Source: Asterionella formosa
Taxonomy: Eukaryota
Assembly: GCA_002256025.1 (NCBI GenBank)
Contig: NKIB01012868.1
Location: 1-64,000 of the forward strand
DNA length: 64,000 nt
Direction of reading: 5' to 3'
Made by a program: the position numbers and the translations under genes. Positions 1 to 10,365 of the stretch are shown here, piece by piece (position 1 is the first letter of the stretch; every line of letters begins with the position of its first letter). Below the pieces are notes generated by a model. The model was not told the origin of the DNA. It did no database searches and saw only the letters and a program-made list of their open reading frames with translations.

Positions 1-68
1 TAGGTTTCCCTCCTCCATTTTCGCTGTTCATAAAAAAGAAGTGAAAGCTGACAAAAACAATCAGAAAG

Positions 69-2369
69 ATGTTCTCAAGCGTAGTAGTAAGGTTCTCGTC
101 GACACGCAACGTCATTTCCCGTTCGATACTTCGTACACCTCAGTGCTTGGGAACAAGTAGACTATTTTCCATCAACGTTTCTGACGAAGAAGCCCTTGCT
201 CGATTCGCGATACCTCAACGTACTCTCCAGAAAGTGATCAGCGCAAGTGATGCAGTTAACTTAATCCAAAACGGCAACACCTTGAGCGTTTCAGGTTTTG
301 TTAGCCAAGGCGCCCCAGAAGCTGTCCTGAAGGCGCTTGGAGATCGCTATGCGAGCACAGGTACTCCAAATAATCTTACGTTGTTCTTCGGTGGCGGTCC
401 CGGTGATTGGGATTATCGAGGACTGAATCACCTTGCTAGAACAAAGCCCGACGATGAACGCAAAGACTCCATCCCAATGCTGAAGCGAACAATTGGATCA
501 CATTATGGCCAAGTTCCCAAGGTTGCCAAGTTAGCACTTGATGAACAGGTGGAAGCATGGACACTGCCAATGGGATCAGTGTCTCGAATGATTCGAGCTC
601 AAGCGACTCATTCACCTGGTCACATTACCACTGTGGGTATAGGAACATATGTTGACCCAGAAAAGTTGGGAGGGGCTGCCAACCAACGAGCATTAGAAAG
701 TCCCTTGCATCGGAAACTTGTCACCCGGTTATCTATTGATGGTCAAGATCACTTGATGTACAAGTCCCTCCCCATACATGTTGCCATAATTCGTGGCACT
801 ACTGCAGATGTGCAGGGCAATATATCTATCGAGCACGAATCGCTCAAGGGTGACTCAATGATAACTGCAGCTGCTGCCAAAAACTCGGGTGGTATTGTAA
901 TTGCTCAAGTGAAGCGCTTGGCAGCGAACGGATCAATTCCATCGAGATCCGTTGCAGTTCCGGGTCCTTTAGTTGACTGCGTTGTGGTAGTCGATAAGGC
1001 AGACCATGATGAATTGCACCCGATGAGCTATGTTGAGATAGAAAACCCCATTCTGACTGGCGAAGTGCGAGCTCCCCAGGAGGAAATCGGTGCAATGAGT
1101 CTGTCGATCCGAAAAGTTATCGCGAGAAGGGCCATGTACGTGCTCAAGCCTAACATCGTTGTCAACCTTGGCATTGGTTTGCCTGAAGGCGTTGCTGCAG
1201 TTGCTGCCGAGGAGGGAATGCTTGAGTTTGTTACATTGACGACCGAGCCAGGTAGTTTCGGTGGAATTCCTTGTTCAGGTACTAGTTTTGGTCCGGCTTC
1301 AAATGCTTCGGCTCTAGTGGAAATGAATCAAATGTTTGACTTTTACGATGGCGGAGGGCTCAATATGTGCTTCCTGGGAGCTGCCCAGATCGGCCCGAGT
1401 GGGGATGTCAACGTGTCACGAATGTCAAAAGATAGACTTACTGGGCCTGGAGGATTCATAGATATATCTCAAAGCACGAAGAACATAACCTTCATGTCAC
1501 CGATGACTTCAGTTGGACTCGACGTTGATCTACCAGGAGATGGCTCGTTTAAAATTAGAAAAGAGGGAGCGGTTAAGAAATTCGTTGGGAGTATTTTTGA
1601 GACGACTTTCAGTGGCGATGAAGCAGTGAAAAGAGGCCAAACGGTTTTTTATGTCACTGAACGAGCTGTCTTCCGGCGTACTGTCAACCATAGTGTCTTG
1701 GAGCTTATTGAGATTGCTCCTGGAGTTGATTTACAAAAGGACGTTCTGGATCAGATGGAGTTCTTACCTGCTATAAGTCCTACGTTGAAAATAATGGATA
1801 GCCGAATTTTCCATGAAGCCAAAATGAATCTGCGTTCTGAGTTTTTTGGAAGTCTCGACGCACGATGCACGTATCATGCTAAGGATCACACTCTTTTCCT
1901 CGAGTTATTCGGTATCAATATTCATTGCGTTGAAGATATCGATTGGTTTTTTAATGGCCTTCGCCGAATTCTGAAACCGCTTGTAAAGGAGAAAAGTCCC
2001 ATTGATATGGTAGTCAACTACGATGGCTTTGATTTGCGGAAGGGCCTTGAGGAGCAGTACCAAATTGAGGTCGAAAAACTCCAGAAAGAATTCTATCGCA
2101 ATGTAAAGCGATATACAGGACATGCTTTCAAGCGTGCCAAGTTGGGCCAGCAAATGGGAATGAGCGAGTGGAAACCGAACGAACTTTTCAAAAAATTCGA
2201 TACGAATTCAAGCGGTCTAGTATCTGTTGAAGAGCTCCGGGACGGAATGATGGACCTCTTTCATATCCATTTAACGCCACAGCAAGTTGAGAACCTTGCT
2301 GCCCAGGAACTAGACCGCAATGCATTTGATGAAGCGGTAAACATGATCTTGAAGAGCCGCGACAACTAG
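69..2369 (+). CDS. Family I acetate/propionate CoA-transferase (YdiF/Pct-like, fused alpha+beta), mitochondrial-type presequence, C-terminal extension plus EF-hand
   Basis: 766-aa intronless ORF with an Arg/Ser-rich N-terminus. Motifs SGF, IIRGTTAD, NLGIGLP (oxyanion GxG), TTEPG (catalytic Glu), GPGGFIDISQ, YVTERAVF, IEIAPGVDL. EF-hand loop DTNSSGLVSVEE near the C-terminus. Confidence 0.92.
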   Translation: MFSSVVVRFSSTRNVISRSILRTPQCLGTSRLFSINVSDEEALARFAIPQRTLQKVISASDAVNLIQNGNTLSVSGFVSQGAPEAVLKALGDRYASTGTPNNLTLFFGGGPGDWDYRGLNHLARTKPDDERKDSIPMLKRTIGSHYGQVPKVAKLALDEQVEAWTLPMGSVSRMIRAQATHSPGHITTVGIGTYVDPEKLGGAANQRALESPLHRKLVTRLSIDGQDHLMYKSLPIHVAIIRGTTADVQGNISIEHESLKGDSMITAAAAKNSGGIVIAQVKRLAANGSIPSRSVAVPGPLVDCVVVVDKADHDELHPMSYVEIENPILTGEVRAPQEEIGAMSLSIRKVIARRAMYVLKPNIVVNLGIGLPEGVAAVAAEEGMLEFVTLTTEPGSFGGIPCSGTSFGPASNASALVEMNQMFDFYDGGGLNMCFLGAAQIGPSGDVNVSRMSKDRLTGPGGFIDISQSTKNITFMSPMTSVGLDVDLPGDGSFKIRKEGAVKKFVGSIFETTFSGDEAVKRGQTVFYVTERAVFRRTVNHSVLELIEIAPGVDLQKDVLDQMEFLPAISPTLKIMDSRIFHEAKMNLRSEFFGSLDARCTYHAKDHTLFLELFGINIHCVEDIDWFFNGLRRILKPLVKEKSPIDMVVNYDGFDLRKGLEEQYQIEVEKLQKEFYRNVKRYTGHAFKRAKLGQQMGMSEWKPNELFKKFDTNSSGLVSVEELRDGMMDLFHIHLTPQQVENLAAQELDRNAFDEAVNMILKSRDN

Positions 2370-2428
2370 AAGGTCAAAAAGCCAGGCAGATACAACTTTA
2401 AGTTTTATCCACTATAGGTACACTATTA

Positions 2429-4625
2429 TTAGTAAGTCGCCCAGTATCCAAGGCCAATAAATGCCACCGCCCAGAGAGTGAGCTCAAGCAAGAAGATGCG
2501 ATGAATGAAACTTTCGCTGAATTCACACATTTTGATGAATCTATTTTGGTGTGAATTTGTCGTAGTCTGCTGGTGGTGTAGCTTTTGCTCGTTCGCTAGC
2601 CACGTCGGGAGTATAGCCAGAGCAGAGGTAAGTCTCTCCTTCTCGGCAGTTGAATGGTCGTCTGCTAGTCCATCGTTGACTTCGGTCTCCATGGCAACTC
2701 GGGCATATGTTACATCTGTGTCCATAAGCCGGATTGTTTCCATCTCTACTTTCAGAAATCCCCAATGACATCTTCGAAACAATTCGGCCAAAGGCAACAG
2801 GACTCCAAAGTAAGAATTAACATCCGAAGAGAAGGTGGTCACTCGTTGACTATCCAGGGTGAAGTGGTATGCGGGAATGAAGCAAAGCATCCAGCACGCT
2901 CGTAACAATATATTGATTAAGAGGCATTGATGGTAAAACGAGTCCTTCTTGTAAAGTCTTTTCTCTCTGAACTTGATTTGGCCCAAGTTGGGAATGGCTG
3001 CACTTAAACGCCGGAAGCCGTCGAGAATAGGTTGAAAGAAATACATTTGAAGAGTCAACAAAATGTACGAATTCGGGTGGAGTGACGAAATGCGGGTGCA
3101 ACACGAGCCTTCGTAGTCGGATGATTGGCTATCGTTGTCACGAGGAGCAATGACAAAGAGTTCCCAATCTACAAAGATATCCCAACAAATTTGGTACATA
3201 GTAGCAGCGACAAAGCTCACCAGCCACCATGGAGATCGTCGATCTTCGGGATGGGTCATTCCATACAAAATTATCATGGCCGCACTCAGATATTTGAAAG
3301 AGTCCCCATAATATGGCCATCGTCTATTGGCATCGTAAGCTTGACGAAGAGTCTGCAAGAACTTCCACCACAGGGGAAGCACGGCACAGCTGGGTAAAAT
3401 CACGTTATGAAGGAACCACGACCGTCCTAAAATGTTTCCCGCCTCCCCCAAGTCATGTGAGCCAATCACTGTTACCCAAATTACAGTGCCATAATAGGCC
3501 AGTGCAAACAACACATCTTGAATGGGCCTTACCAAGCTTGTCATCACATCACCAACAAAAGCATCTCTGAACCTTACTCGATGGAACGGAGCCATTGCTG
3601 TAAACTTTACGGTTGACCAAAATCGCCTTCGACGTCCTGGAGGTATAACTGATCTCACCAGGAGGATAGTAAGAAATATTAGGGGCAAGATTTTTGCAGT
3701 TGATTCGTCGCCATCCTGCATACTTCGATTGTACGCCTGAATAAACAGATGAAAATTCAGAACCACCGGCATCGACAAATCTAAGCCGGCTCCGAAAACG
3801 GCAGGACCCGATGGTGCATATGTTGCATTTTCTGTGGCGTTATTTGGACCCCGGAAAAAGAAAAAGGTCCCAATTCTGGTAATTCTAGGGTGGTTCTCTT
3901 GAAATCGTTGAAAATTGGTTTGCTGATGCTGCAGCTGCTGAGTTTCTTCGTTGGTTGCTTGAGATGATTTTCTCTGAGAACCTGGGGATAAACCACTTTT
4001 TTCCGATCCGTCGGCGCTTCCGTCGGAGTCGTCGGCAGCAGACCAAGTGTCATGAAAATTGTTGCTTTCCCGAGTTGCCAACTCTATTCCTTCGGCGCTA
4101 TTCACCATGGGAATCATTTCTTCCGTTTGTCCACTCAACAGCGACCGATTACTACCAACTGCAATGCCTGTGGCAGCATTACTTTCAGAAATTGAGTATC
4201 CCGATTCCTGCTGCAAGGCCACCGGTGAGGAGGGGTTGTAGGAGTCTATCCCGCTAGTCACGCCATAACTTGTGCCTGGCAAGAATAATAATTCGTCACA
4301 CGCTACTCCATTTCTCCGCCAGGTCCGTAAGGAGTATGCAGTCATGTACAATGTAAACGCCAGAAGTGCCGGGCCTGGGGATGAAACGAACGAAGTCAGA
4401 AGTGATACGAGCATGGTACTGAGCTACGCCGGAATTCGACAAGCCATAGTTGAGTAATTTGTCAAGCTCACCTCGATATACTCTGAGAGCGACAACATCT
4501 TGCGTCTTTGTTTTCAGATCATAAATTAGTACACATCCGAGGACAACAAGTACTGTCGCTTTTGGTTTGAGTACCCATTCAGACATCATAAAGGAGCCAA
4601 CGGCGAAAACGGCTGAGATATCCAT
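2429..4625 (-). CDS. EXS-domain membrane protein (ERD1/XPR1/PHO1 family, no SPX domain); 2 exons (4625-4472, 4374-2429)
   Basis: EXS motifs VRFRDAFVGDVMTSLV, QTLRQAYD, KYLSA, WDIFVDW, ELFRRCHWGFLKVE. Intron 4471-4375 (GTGAGC...CCCAG) joins RVYRG/PALL in frame. Confidence 0.88.
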
Positions 4626-4962
4626 TTGCGACTATTTCTTGTTGGAGCTGATTGTGAATATTCGATGGACTTGAAGAAGTGTCTGTCCCTTCGATCTCTG
4701 TAGTCAGGTCAAACGACGGTTTTAGTTGTCTTTCTATTTGTCCTCTAGCGGAAGGTCAAATGGCGGATGCTAACAAGTATCGGTAAGGCCCTCGTCGCCT
4801 AGAAAAAGAGGAAGAAGTGTGGCATACCAGTAACAAGAATTTTATTTTATCTCTACTCCGAATATAGTACAAATGTTCAATAAGGGATCATTCTTGTTAG
4901 CTACAGCAAAAATATTTCTGGGCGGGGGTCGTAAATGAAATCATGCATACGGTAGGTTATAC

Positions 4963-5047
4963 AACCAGGTACCGGGCTGGGCGGTACCTGGAACTGGTAC
5001 CAGGAGTGCCTGATGGTACCAGGGTACCTGGTACCAACAGTACCATA
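4963..5047. repeat. TA-CC(W)GG-TA (GGTACC-rich) array
   Basis: Run of ggtacc/accagg/cctgg units, e.g. ggtaccagggtacctggtacc, upstream of the EXS gene. Confidence 0.85.
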
Positions 5048-5070
5048 CTCCCTCTGTCCGAAAATAGTTG
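5046..5070 (+). mobile_element. Orphan Stowaway/plant-mariner-like terminal inverted repeat
   Basis: TA|CTCCCTCTGTCCGAAAATAG resembles the CTCCCTCCGT.. terminus of DD39D mariner/Stowaway elements. No partner end found in the window. Confidence 0.5.
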
Positions 5071-5718
5071 TTTGTATCGATTTTTCATACTTCTCCGGGG
5101 CCATTTTAGCTCATTTTAACTCCTACATAGGATTTTCTCCGGCTCAATTGCCCTATTGTGCGGCTTCCTCTAAGCTACAGACAAATCAAGTATATTTAAT
5201 ATAGAGAAACATAATAATTGGCAACTAGATTTAAATTTAAAATATTTATGTACTGGTAAATACGGTGGCTGGTGTACTACTCGGAGTGCATCTATTTTTA
5301 ATTTAGAACTTCAACTGATTGGTCTGGCTGGTCTTGCCTGTTTGGTTGAATGATCAAGTGGCAATTCAAGAAACAATGGGATGATCCATTAAATGACCAG
5401 CAGTGATGGATGATGTGTCTGAATTTGGTGTGCTTGCTTGCCTCATGGTGCTTACGTGGCACCGTCATTCTCTTCTCATTCTACGACTGTAACATCTGAT
5501 CCAACTTTCGTAATACCCATAGCTCAGGGAGACTGGTGGCTGCTGAAGGCAATACACGCCTGAGGTGGTCTCATGCCTGCAAGTATACATGTGTTTGAGG
5601 CTGGGTGGCAAGAGTACTAGCTAGGTTAAGCGCCATCTCAGCCAACTACACATGTACACGAGAAGGCATGTAGCCACCAAGAAGACAAGGGAATTGTTAA
5701 TGAGGCAATTCAAAACCT

Positions 5719-6562
5719 AGCTATCGTCGCGGCATTTGCTTAGATAATGCCCACTCATTGAGTGTAAATGTCAATTTTAGCTTGCTATAGCCTATCATTT
5801 ACAATATATTTCGCATATTTCCTATCTTCACCACATCGAAATTTGCAAATGGCTGGTCCAACATTGCCCATCATTCTTACAAAAGTATATTTTGTATATA
5901 TTTCATATGTTCGCATTTTGGCATTACAATTCACGCCAATTGCCCCTCAGTTTTCTAGCCCTGGTGGGATTGCCGAAATTGGCAAGGGGTCTACTTAGTA
6001 GTAGGAAAACCATTATATATACTCTACAGATTTGATTAATTTATTTCTAGTATTCACCTTGTTTTTGTTCATCGCCTGAAAACTGGCTCCGGCAATTCAC
6101 CTTTCACCAACATCACGATGCAGATCTCAATTGGGTTTAGCTTTTTTCTTCTCATTTGTTTTATTTCGCTCTTTGATTGTGTGATGGAATTTTGCCTGTG
6201 TAGCTAAGTACTACAATGCATATGTCTCCACTGAAACTCCTATTTTTTACTTCATTTCTAACCCAAAACAATATTTTTTATTTCTCATTTGATGCTACTT
6301 ATTACATTGCATAACATACTTTGGTTGCTCCAAAGATCATGTTAAATTTTCATTGATATTGCATGTTACAATTATTCTTGTGTGTTTCATGCTTGTTTTA
6401 CCATTTCTATGTATGAATGCATATTACCGTTATTCTGGCTGTCATCGTAAAATCTGCAATTTTCATGCCGAAAAATTCGATGTGCCCCATATTGCCCCTA
6501 AATAAAAATTACTTAAAGGCATAAAAATTACTTAGAAGTACCCAAATGGCAAGACGATAGCT
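5719..6562. mobile_element. Non-autonomous TIR element (~845 bp)
   Basis: Left agctatcgtcgcggcatttg vs reverse complement of right agctatcgtcttgccatttg (17/20). Right subterminal 6481-6562 recurs at 53341-53433; internal 5864-5910 recurs near 52190-52232. AT-rich and non-coding. Confidence 0.6.
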
Positions 6563-6704
6563 GGAGCGGGAATTAGCGGGAGATGTGTACCTGGTACCGG
6601 TACTTCAACAACTATCATTATCACGGCAGAAGCTACTTGTACATCCATATCGAATGCATAGCTAAATATCACGCCCGTGAGAAGTGCAAACAGGATGATA
6701 TTCG

Positions 6705-7864
6705 ATGGCTTCCATGTAAGGTGGAGGGATCTTATAGATCAGAACCAACTGCTAAGTCGCCATCGGCAGAAGTAGGTTTCCGATAACAGCTATGATTTTG
6801 CTTCTGAGCCTTGAGATTCATAGTGGGACCGAGGGATCTGTCACTGTTACCGTTGATATGTTGACTGTGGCGTTGTGGATGGCATCTGTGTTATTCTTCG
6901 TCTGTTTGGTGCTTTCCTACAGAAAGCTGCTCTATCTCCAACAAACTCGGCCTGAATTGAGCACGAAGAAGCTTTTGATTCTGAGTATTGCACTTGTTTG
7001 TATAGTGAGAATAATGACTATCCTCGGTGTTACCGCCATGAATATTGCGAATGTGCGAGCTCACTATTCGCTCCAACCTATTGACCACCGAGGAGACAAG
7101 AACCAGGCTTTTTACGACAAGGCAATGACAGTCCTGTTGGACCTTCCCAATTGTATGGTTGTATCGACCTATATGTTGCTGACGCTTGTCTGGGCAGAAT
7201 GTTGCCTGGAAGCAAGGCTACACAACGAAGATACCACTGCTTGGAAACGACGTTGGTTGACACTCTACATGGGATTCAACACTGTGCTTTACACAGCTCA
7301 GCTAATTCTTTACGTTAGCATTTTCATTGCGGGCGATCGCCTGCTACGAACCATTCTATACCCTGCCATTACTGGGATCAATTTCTTCTCCGTCGTACTG
7401 GTACTGGTACTTTATTTGTATTTGAATGTGAGATTTTCGGTGAGTCGAGTCATGCGGCGGTTCCAAACTTCAAGGAAGTTTGCTCACGCTCCATTGTCCA
7501 GGGTTTTCCATTTCGATCGGAGTCGTCGAGGCGGTCAATTGCCACTGTGTCGAAAGTCATGGTTTTGTGGTCGATGACTAGGATACTCTGGGGACTGGCC
7601 ACATTACTGGTATTTCTTTGGAACATTGAACTCCTTCAAGATTCGCACACTCCAGTTTGGTCGTTTGTTGTCCTGTTTCTACTCTTCTTTGTTTGCGAAA
7701 TAATTCCCATTATTGCCCTCCTCGACAGTTCATACTTTGCAATGCTTGGTCTCGAGAACATGTCGAGGCCGGTACCGGAACTATCGAATGGAACAATAGA
7801 CATTTTAAGTGTGCCTTTCTTGCAGCACCACGCCAACAATATGCCAAGCGAAAGGAATAATTAA
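6705..7864 (+). CDS. Multi-pass membrane protein, TOM1/THH1 (DUF1084)-like; exons ~6705-6715, 6824-7439, 7502-7864
   Basis: About 7 hydrophobic segments and LLDLPNCMVVSTYMLLTLVWAE. Intron 7440-7501 (GTGAGT...CCAG) joins ORFs 6792 and 7547 in frame. The 11-nt first exon (intron 6716-6823) is tentative; alternative start 6792. Confidence 0.75.
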
Positions 7865-7872
7865 GTGTTGAT

Positions 7873-9384
7873 TTAACTTACGAGCCTATCCTTGACGTAC
7901 TTTCTCATATATGCAGTAGCCTTTGGAGCGATTAGTTCCCTCCAGAAATCTGTTAATTTTGAATTGCCTTCCGCTTCATGCGTCAAACCCATTAGAGGAC
8001 GGCGATGATTAATCCCTGAACTAAATCTCCACATGCATTGTTTGAGGATTCCCATGAGCCACTCCCGTTGATTTCCAGGAATAAGGAAGCCAGCCTTGGT
8101 TAAATGCTCGATACAATCGTCATAGGATCTTGGATGATTGATAATTTGGTCAAGAACAGGTGAACAATGAAAATCGACACCTTCGATGCACAAGTCGTCG
8201 AGTGTAAGGCGGGGCAGGCCTCGGCGAACTAATTGCAAAACATAGTTTTGGCTTTGTCGTTTCGCCCGCTCATGAATTTTTGTAGGAAAATCTTTCCAGA
8301 ACAATATCTCTTGGCATCCAATCTGCTCTAAAGCCGCTCTTGGCACGATGCGTTCGTCTTGAAACCGACATTTCCAAATTCTTTCGTACAACTTAAGCAT
8401 CTTGACATCACAAGCCATTCCGCCATACTGTGCTCTTAGGCTAATCGAGCGCACCATGGTTTCGCACAGATGTGGAACATTACCAGCCAAGGCCGCTTCC
8501 GGGGTAAATTTGTTTTCATCGTTCGATCCTTGATGGTAATCAGTCCAGGGACACGACGCTATTTCGTGGACAATTTCTAGAACTTTTGAAATCAGAATTG
8601 TTGGAACCTTGTAGTCCTTGGATTCAGCGGCCATTAACCATACCAGCAAAGGTAGATCGGGATGAAGAGACGAATCTTCCAGAACAATTATCGGAAGCCT
8701 CCTCAACAGTTCTCCGATATCTTTATCAGCCAACTCCATGGCAGTGCGCGTCGCCGGCAAAGGACGTCGCCGGCGGACTGCTTTCTGCAGCATTGATTTC
8801 AGAACTGGCACGGATAAACGAGAATGCTTGCTTACTAGAGAATGTTTTTTACCAGGAACAACCGAAGTACTCAGAATCAACATGACTTTTTCGTGCTTTA
8901 ATTGGATAGAAGATGTCCAAATGATCCCAGGGGGTGCAGTCTCGTCGTTAGCAGTGGTCCAAGTCAGCCTTAGATCATCGTGTAAATGAAACCGTTGCAT
9001 GGGAGGATTGTCAATTGATACAGAGAATAGTTTCTTCGACTGAATCATCATATAAGAAAAGGCATCTGTGTCGGTAGTGGTCTGAGACGTTCTGACCTTG
9101 TCCTGTGTCGCTCCCGAGGACGACGTCAAAATCTCACGTGTATCGGTTTGCGACAGGTTCAAAATAGTATCTTTCGACATCGAGTTTTCATGACCATTTT
9201 TCTTATTTTCTGATTGTATTTGAAAACATATGTCTAAGTGTTCATTAATCCTGTGCTCAGGAACCTGAGTGCCACATCCTCCAGGGCAAAGAACTGTGCG
9301 AAAGAGTAATTGACTTGTTGTTTGTTTCTTAGAAGATTGCATTAATAGCTCGAGCGCATTTCCTTTCTTGCGTTTCGATGACAT
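7873..9384 (-). CDS. Uncharacterised protein with N-terminal UBZ4-type zinc finger
   Basis: CPGGC-x-INEHLDIC. Conserved-looking core SVPVLKSMLQKAVRRR...LLRRLPIIVLEDS...GGMACD...GVDFHCS. Confidence 0.75.
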   Translation of the reverse strand: MSSKRKKGNALELLMQSSKKQTTSQLLFRTVLCPGGCGTQVPEHRINEHLDICFQIQSENKKNGHENSMSKDTILNLSQTDTREILTSSSGATQDKVRTSQTTTDTDAFSYMMIQSKKLFSVSIDNPPMQRFHLHDDLRLTWTTANDETAPPGIIWTSSIQLKHEKVMLILSTSVVPGKKHSLVSKHSRLSVPVLKSMLQKAVRRRRPLPATRTAMELADKDIGELLRRLPIIVLEDSSLHPDLPLLVWLMAAESKDYKVPTILISKVLEIVHEIASCPWTDYHQGSNDENKFTPEAALAGNVPHLCETMVRSISLRAQYGGMACDVKMLKLYERIWKCRFQDERIVPRAALEQIGCQEILFWKDFPTKIHERAKRQSQNYVLQLVRRGLPRLTLDDLCIEGVDFHCSPVLDQIINHPRSYDDCIEHLTKAGFLIPGNQREWLMGILKQCMWRFSSGINHRRPLMGLTHEAEGNSKLTDFWRELIAPKATAYMRKYVKDRLVS

Positions 9385-9577
9385 GTTGATGAGAAGGAGA
9401 AACAGTTGAGCTTTCTTGGGTTCTCGTTTTGTAGGCCGTCTTGTCGGCGCATTCTGACATGGTTATCGTAAAATGATTTTAGGAAAAAATCACACGAGAA
9501 AGACTACCGGTAACACCGCCGGTACAGTCATGACATTATTCTCCTGCGCGGTGATATCTCGCGTGCACCACAATTCT

Positions 9578-10080
9578 TGGTATCTGGTACCTGCAAGTTG
9601 CGGGAATTTTGCTGAAACTAAAGATTTAGCTATCTTTATCCGAGATTAAAATGTTAGTTTAAGTAAATGACCGCAACTTGCTGTTGCCAGGTACCCTGGT
9701 ACCTGGTACCCCTGGTACGAGGAACCAGAGCAAGTGCCTGTAATTAAGAAATGGACGCAACTTCTATGTACCAGTACTGTGCTATGTACTACCAGGTTGT
9801 CCTTGTGGTACTGTACCAGGTACCTGGTACTACCAGTACGACATCTCCCCTATTCTCGCGGGCTGGTACCAGGTACCAGGTAAAAATAGAATTTTGGGTA
9901 CCTGGTACCGGTACCAGGTAACAGGTGAGGACGATGGTGGGCGGCAAAGCAAAGTTGATCGGTCGCTGCCTGACGTCGTCGTGATCGACAGTATAAATAG
10001 CTACCTGGTAGTACCAGGGTACTGGTACCTGGTCCTGGCACCGAATCACAGCAACTGGTATTGGTTCTGGTACCTGGTAA
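9578..10080. repeat. TA-CC(W)GG-TA array in a divergent promoter
   Basis: Dense ggtacc/taccagg/tacctgg/taccgg units, e.g. gtaccaggtacctggtac and ggtacctggtaccggtaccagg. Confidence 0.9.
9590..9684. mobile_element. 95-bp MITE, Tc1/mariner-type, copy 1
   Basis: TA|cctgcaagttgcgggaattttgc ... aaatgaccgcaacttgctg. Inverted near-copy of 43368-43463; right TA eroded. Confidence 0.85.
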
Positions 10081-10365
10081 CGTATTGTCCACGGGATTGT
10101 ATTGCTAATGTTTTCTTATTCTTTTATGATATACTGTATATATAAAAAAGAAAGAATACATGCCCCCCAAAAAAGATACTTACTACCAGTAGCTACCCGG
10201 TAAAAATGTTGGAAAAAGCAGACTACGATCGTCAAGGTACCAGTCTTTTGATTCAAAATTCTACTTTCTTTTCGCTCTACATGTGCTGTCGAAGATCGAG
10301 CCTTTGGGTGTGTTCATTGTTCAATTAAGTAGGTGGAATTTTGATGTCAATGGTTCGAATTGGCC

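Noticed and set aside
9789..10145. Short ORFs rich in YQVPGT/WYLVP (also 4901-5204, 43220-43687, 48553-48905)
   Set aside because: Translations of the stop-poor GGTACC arrays, not genes.
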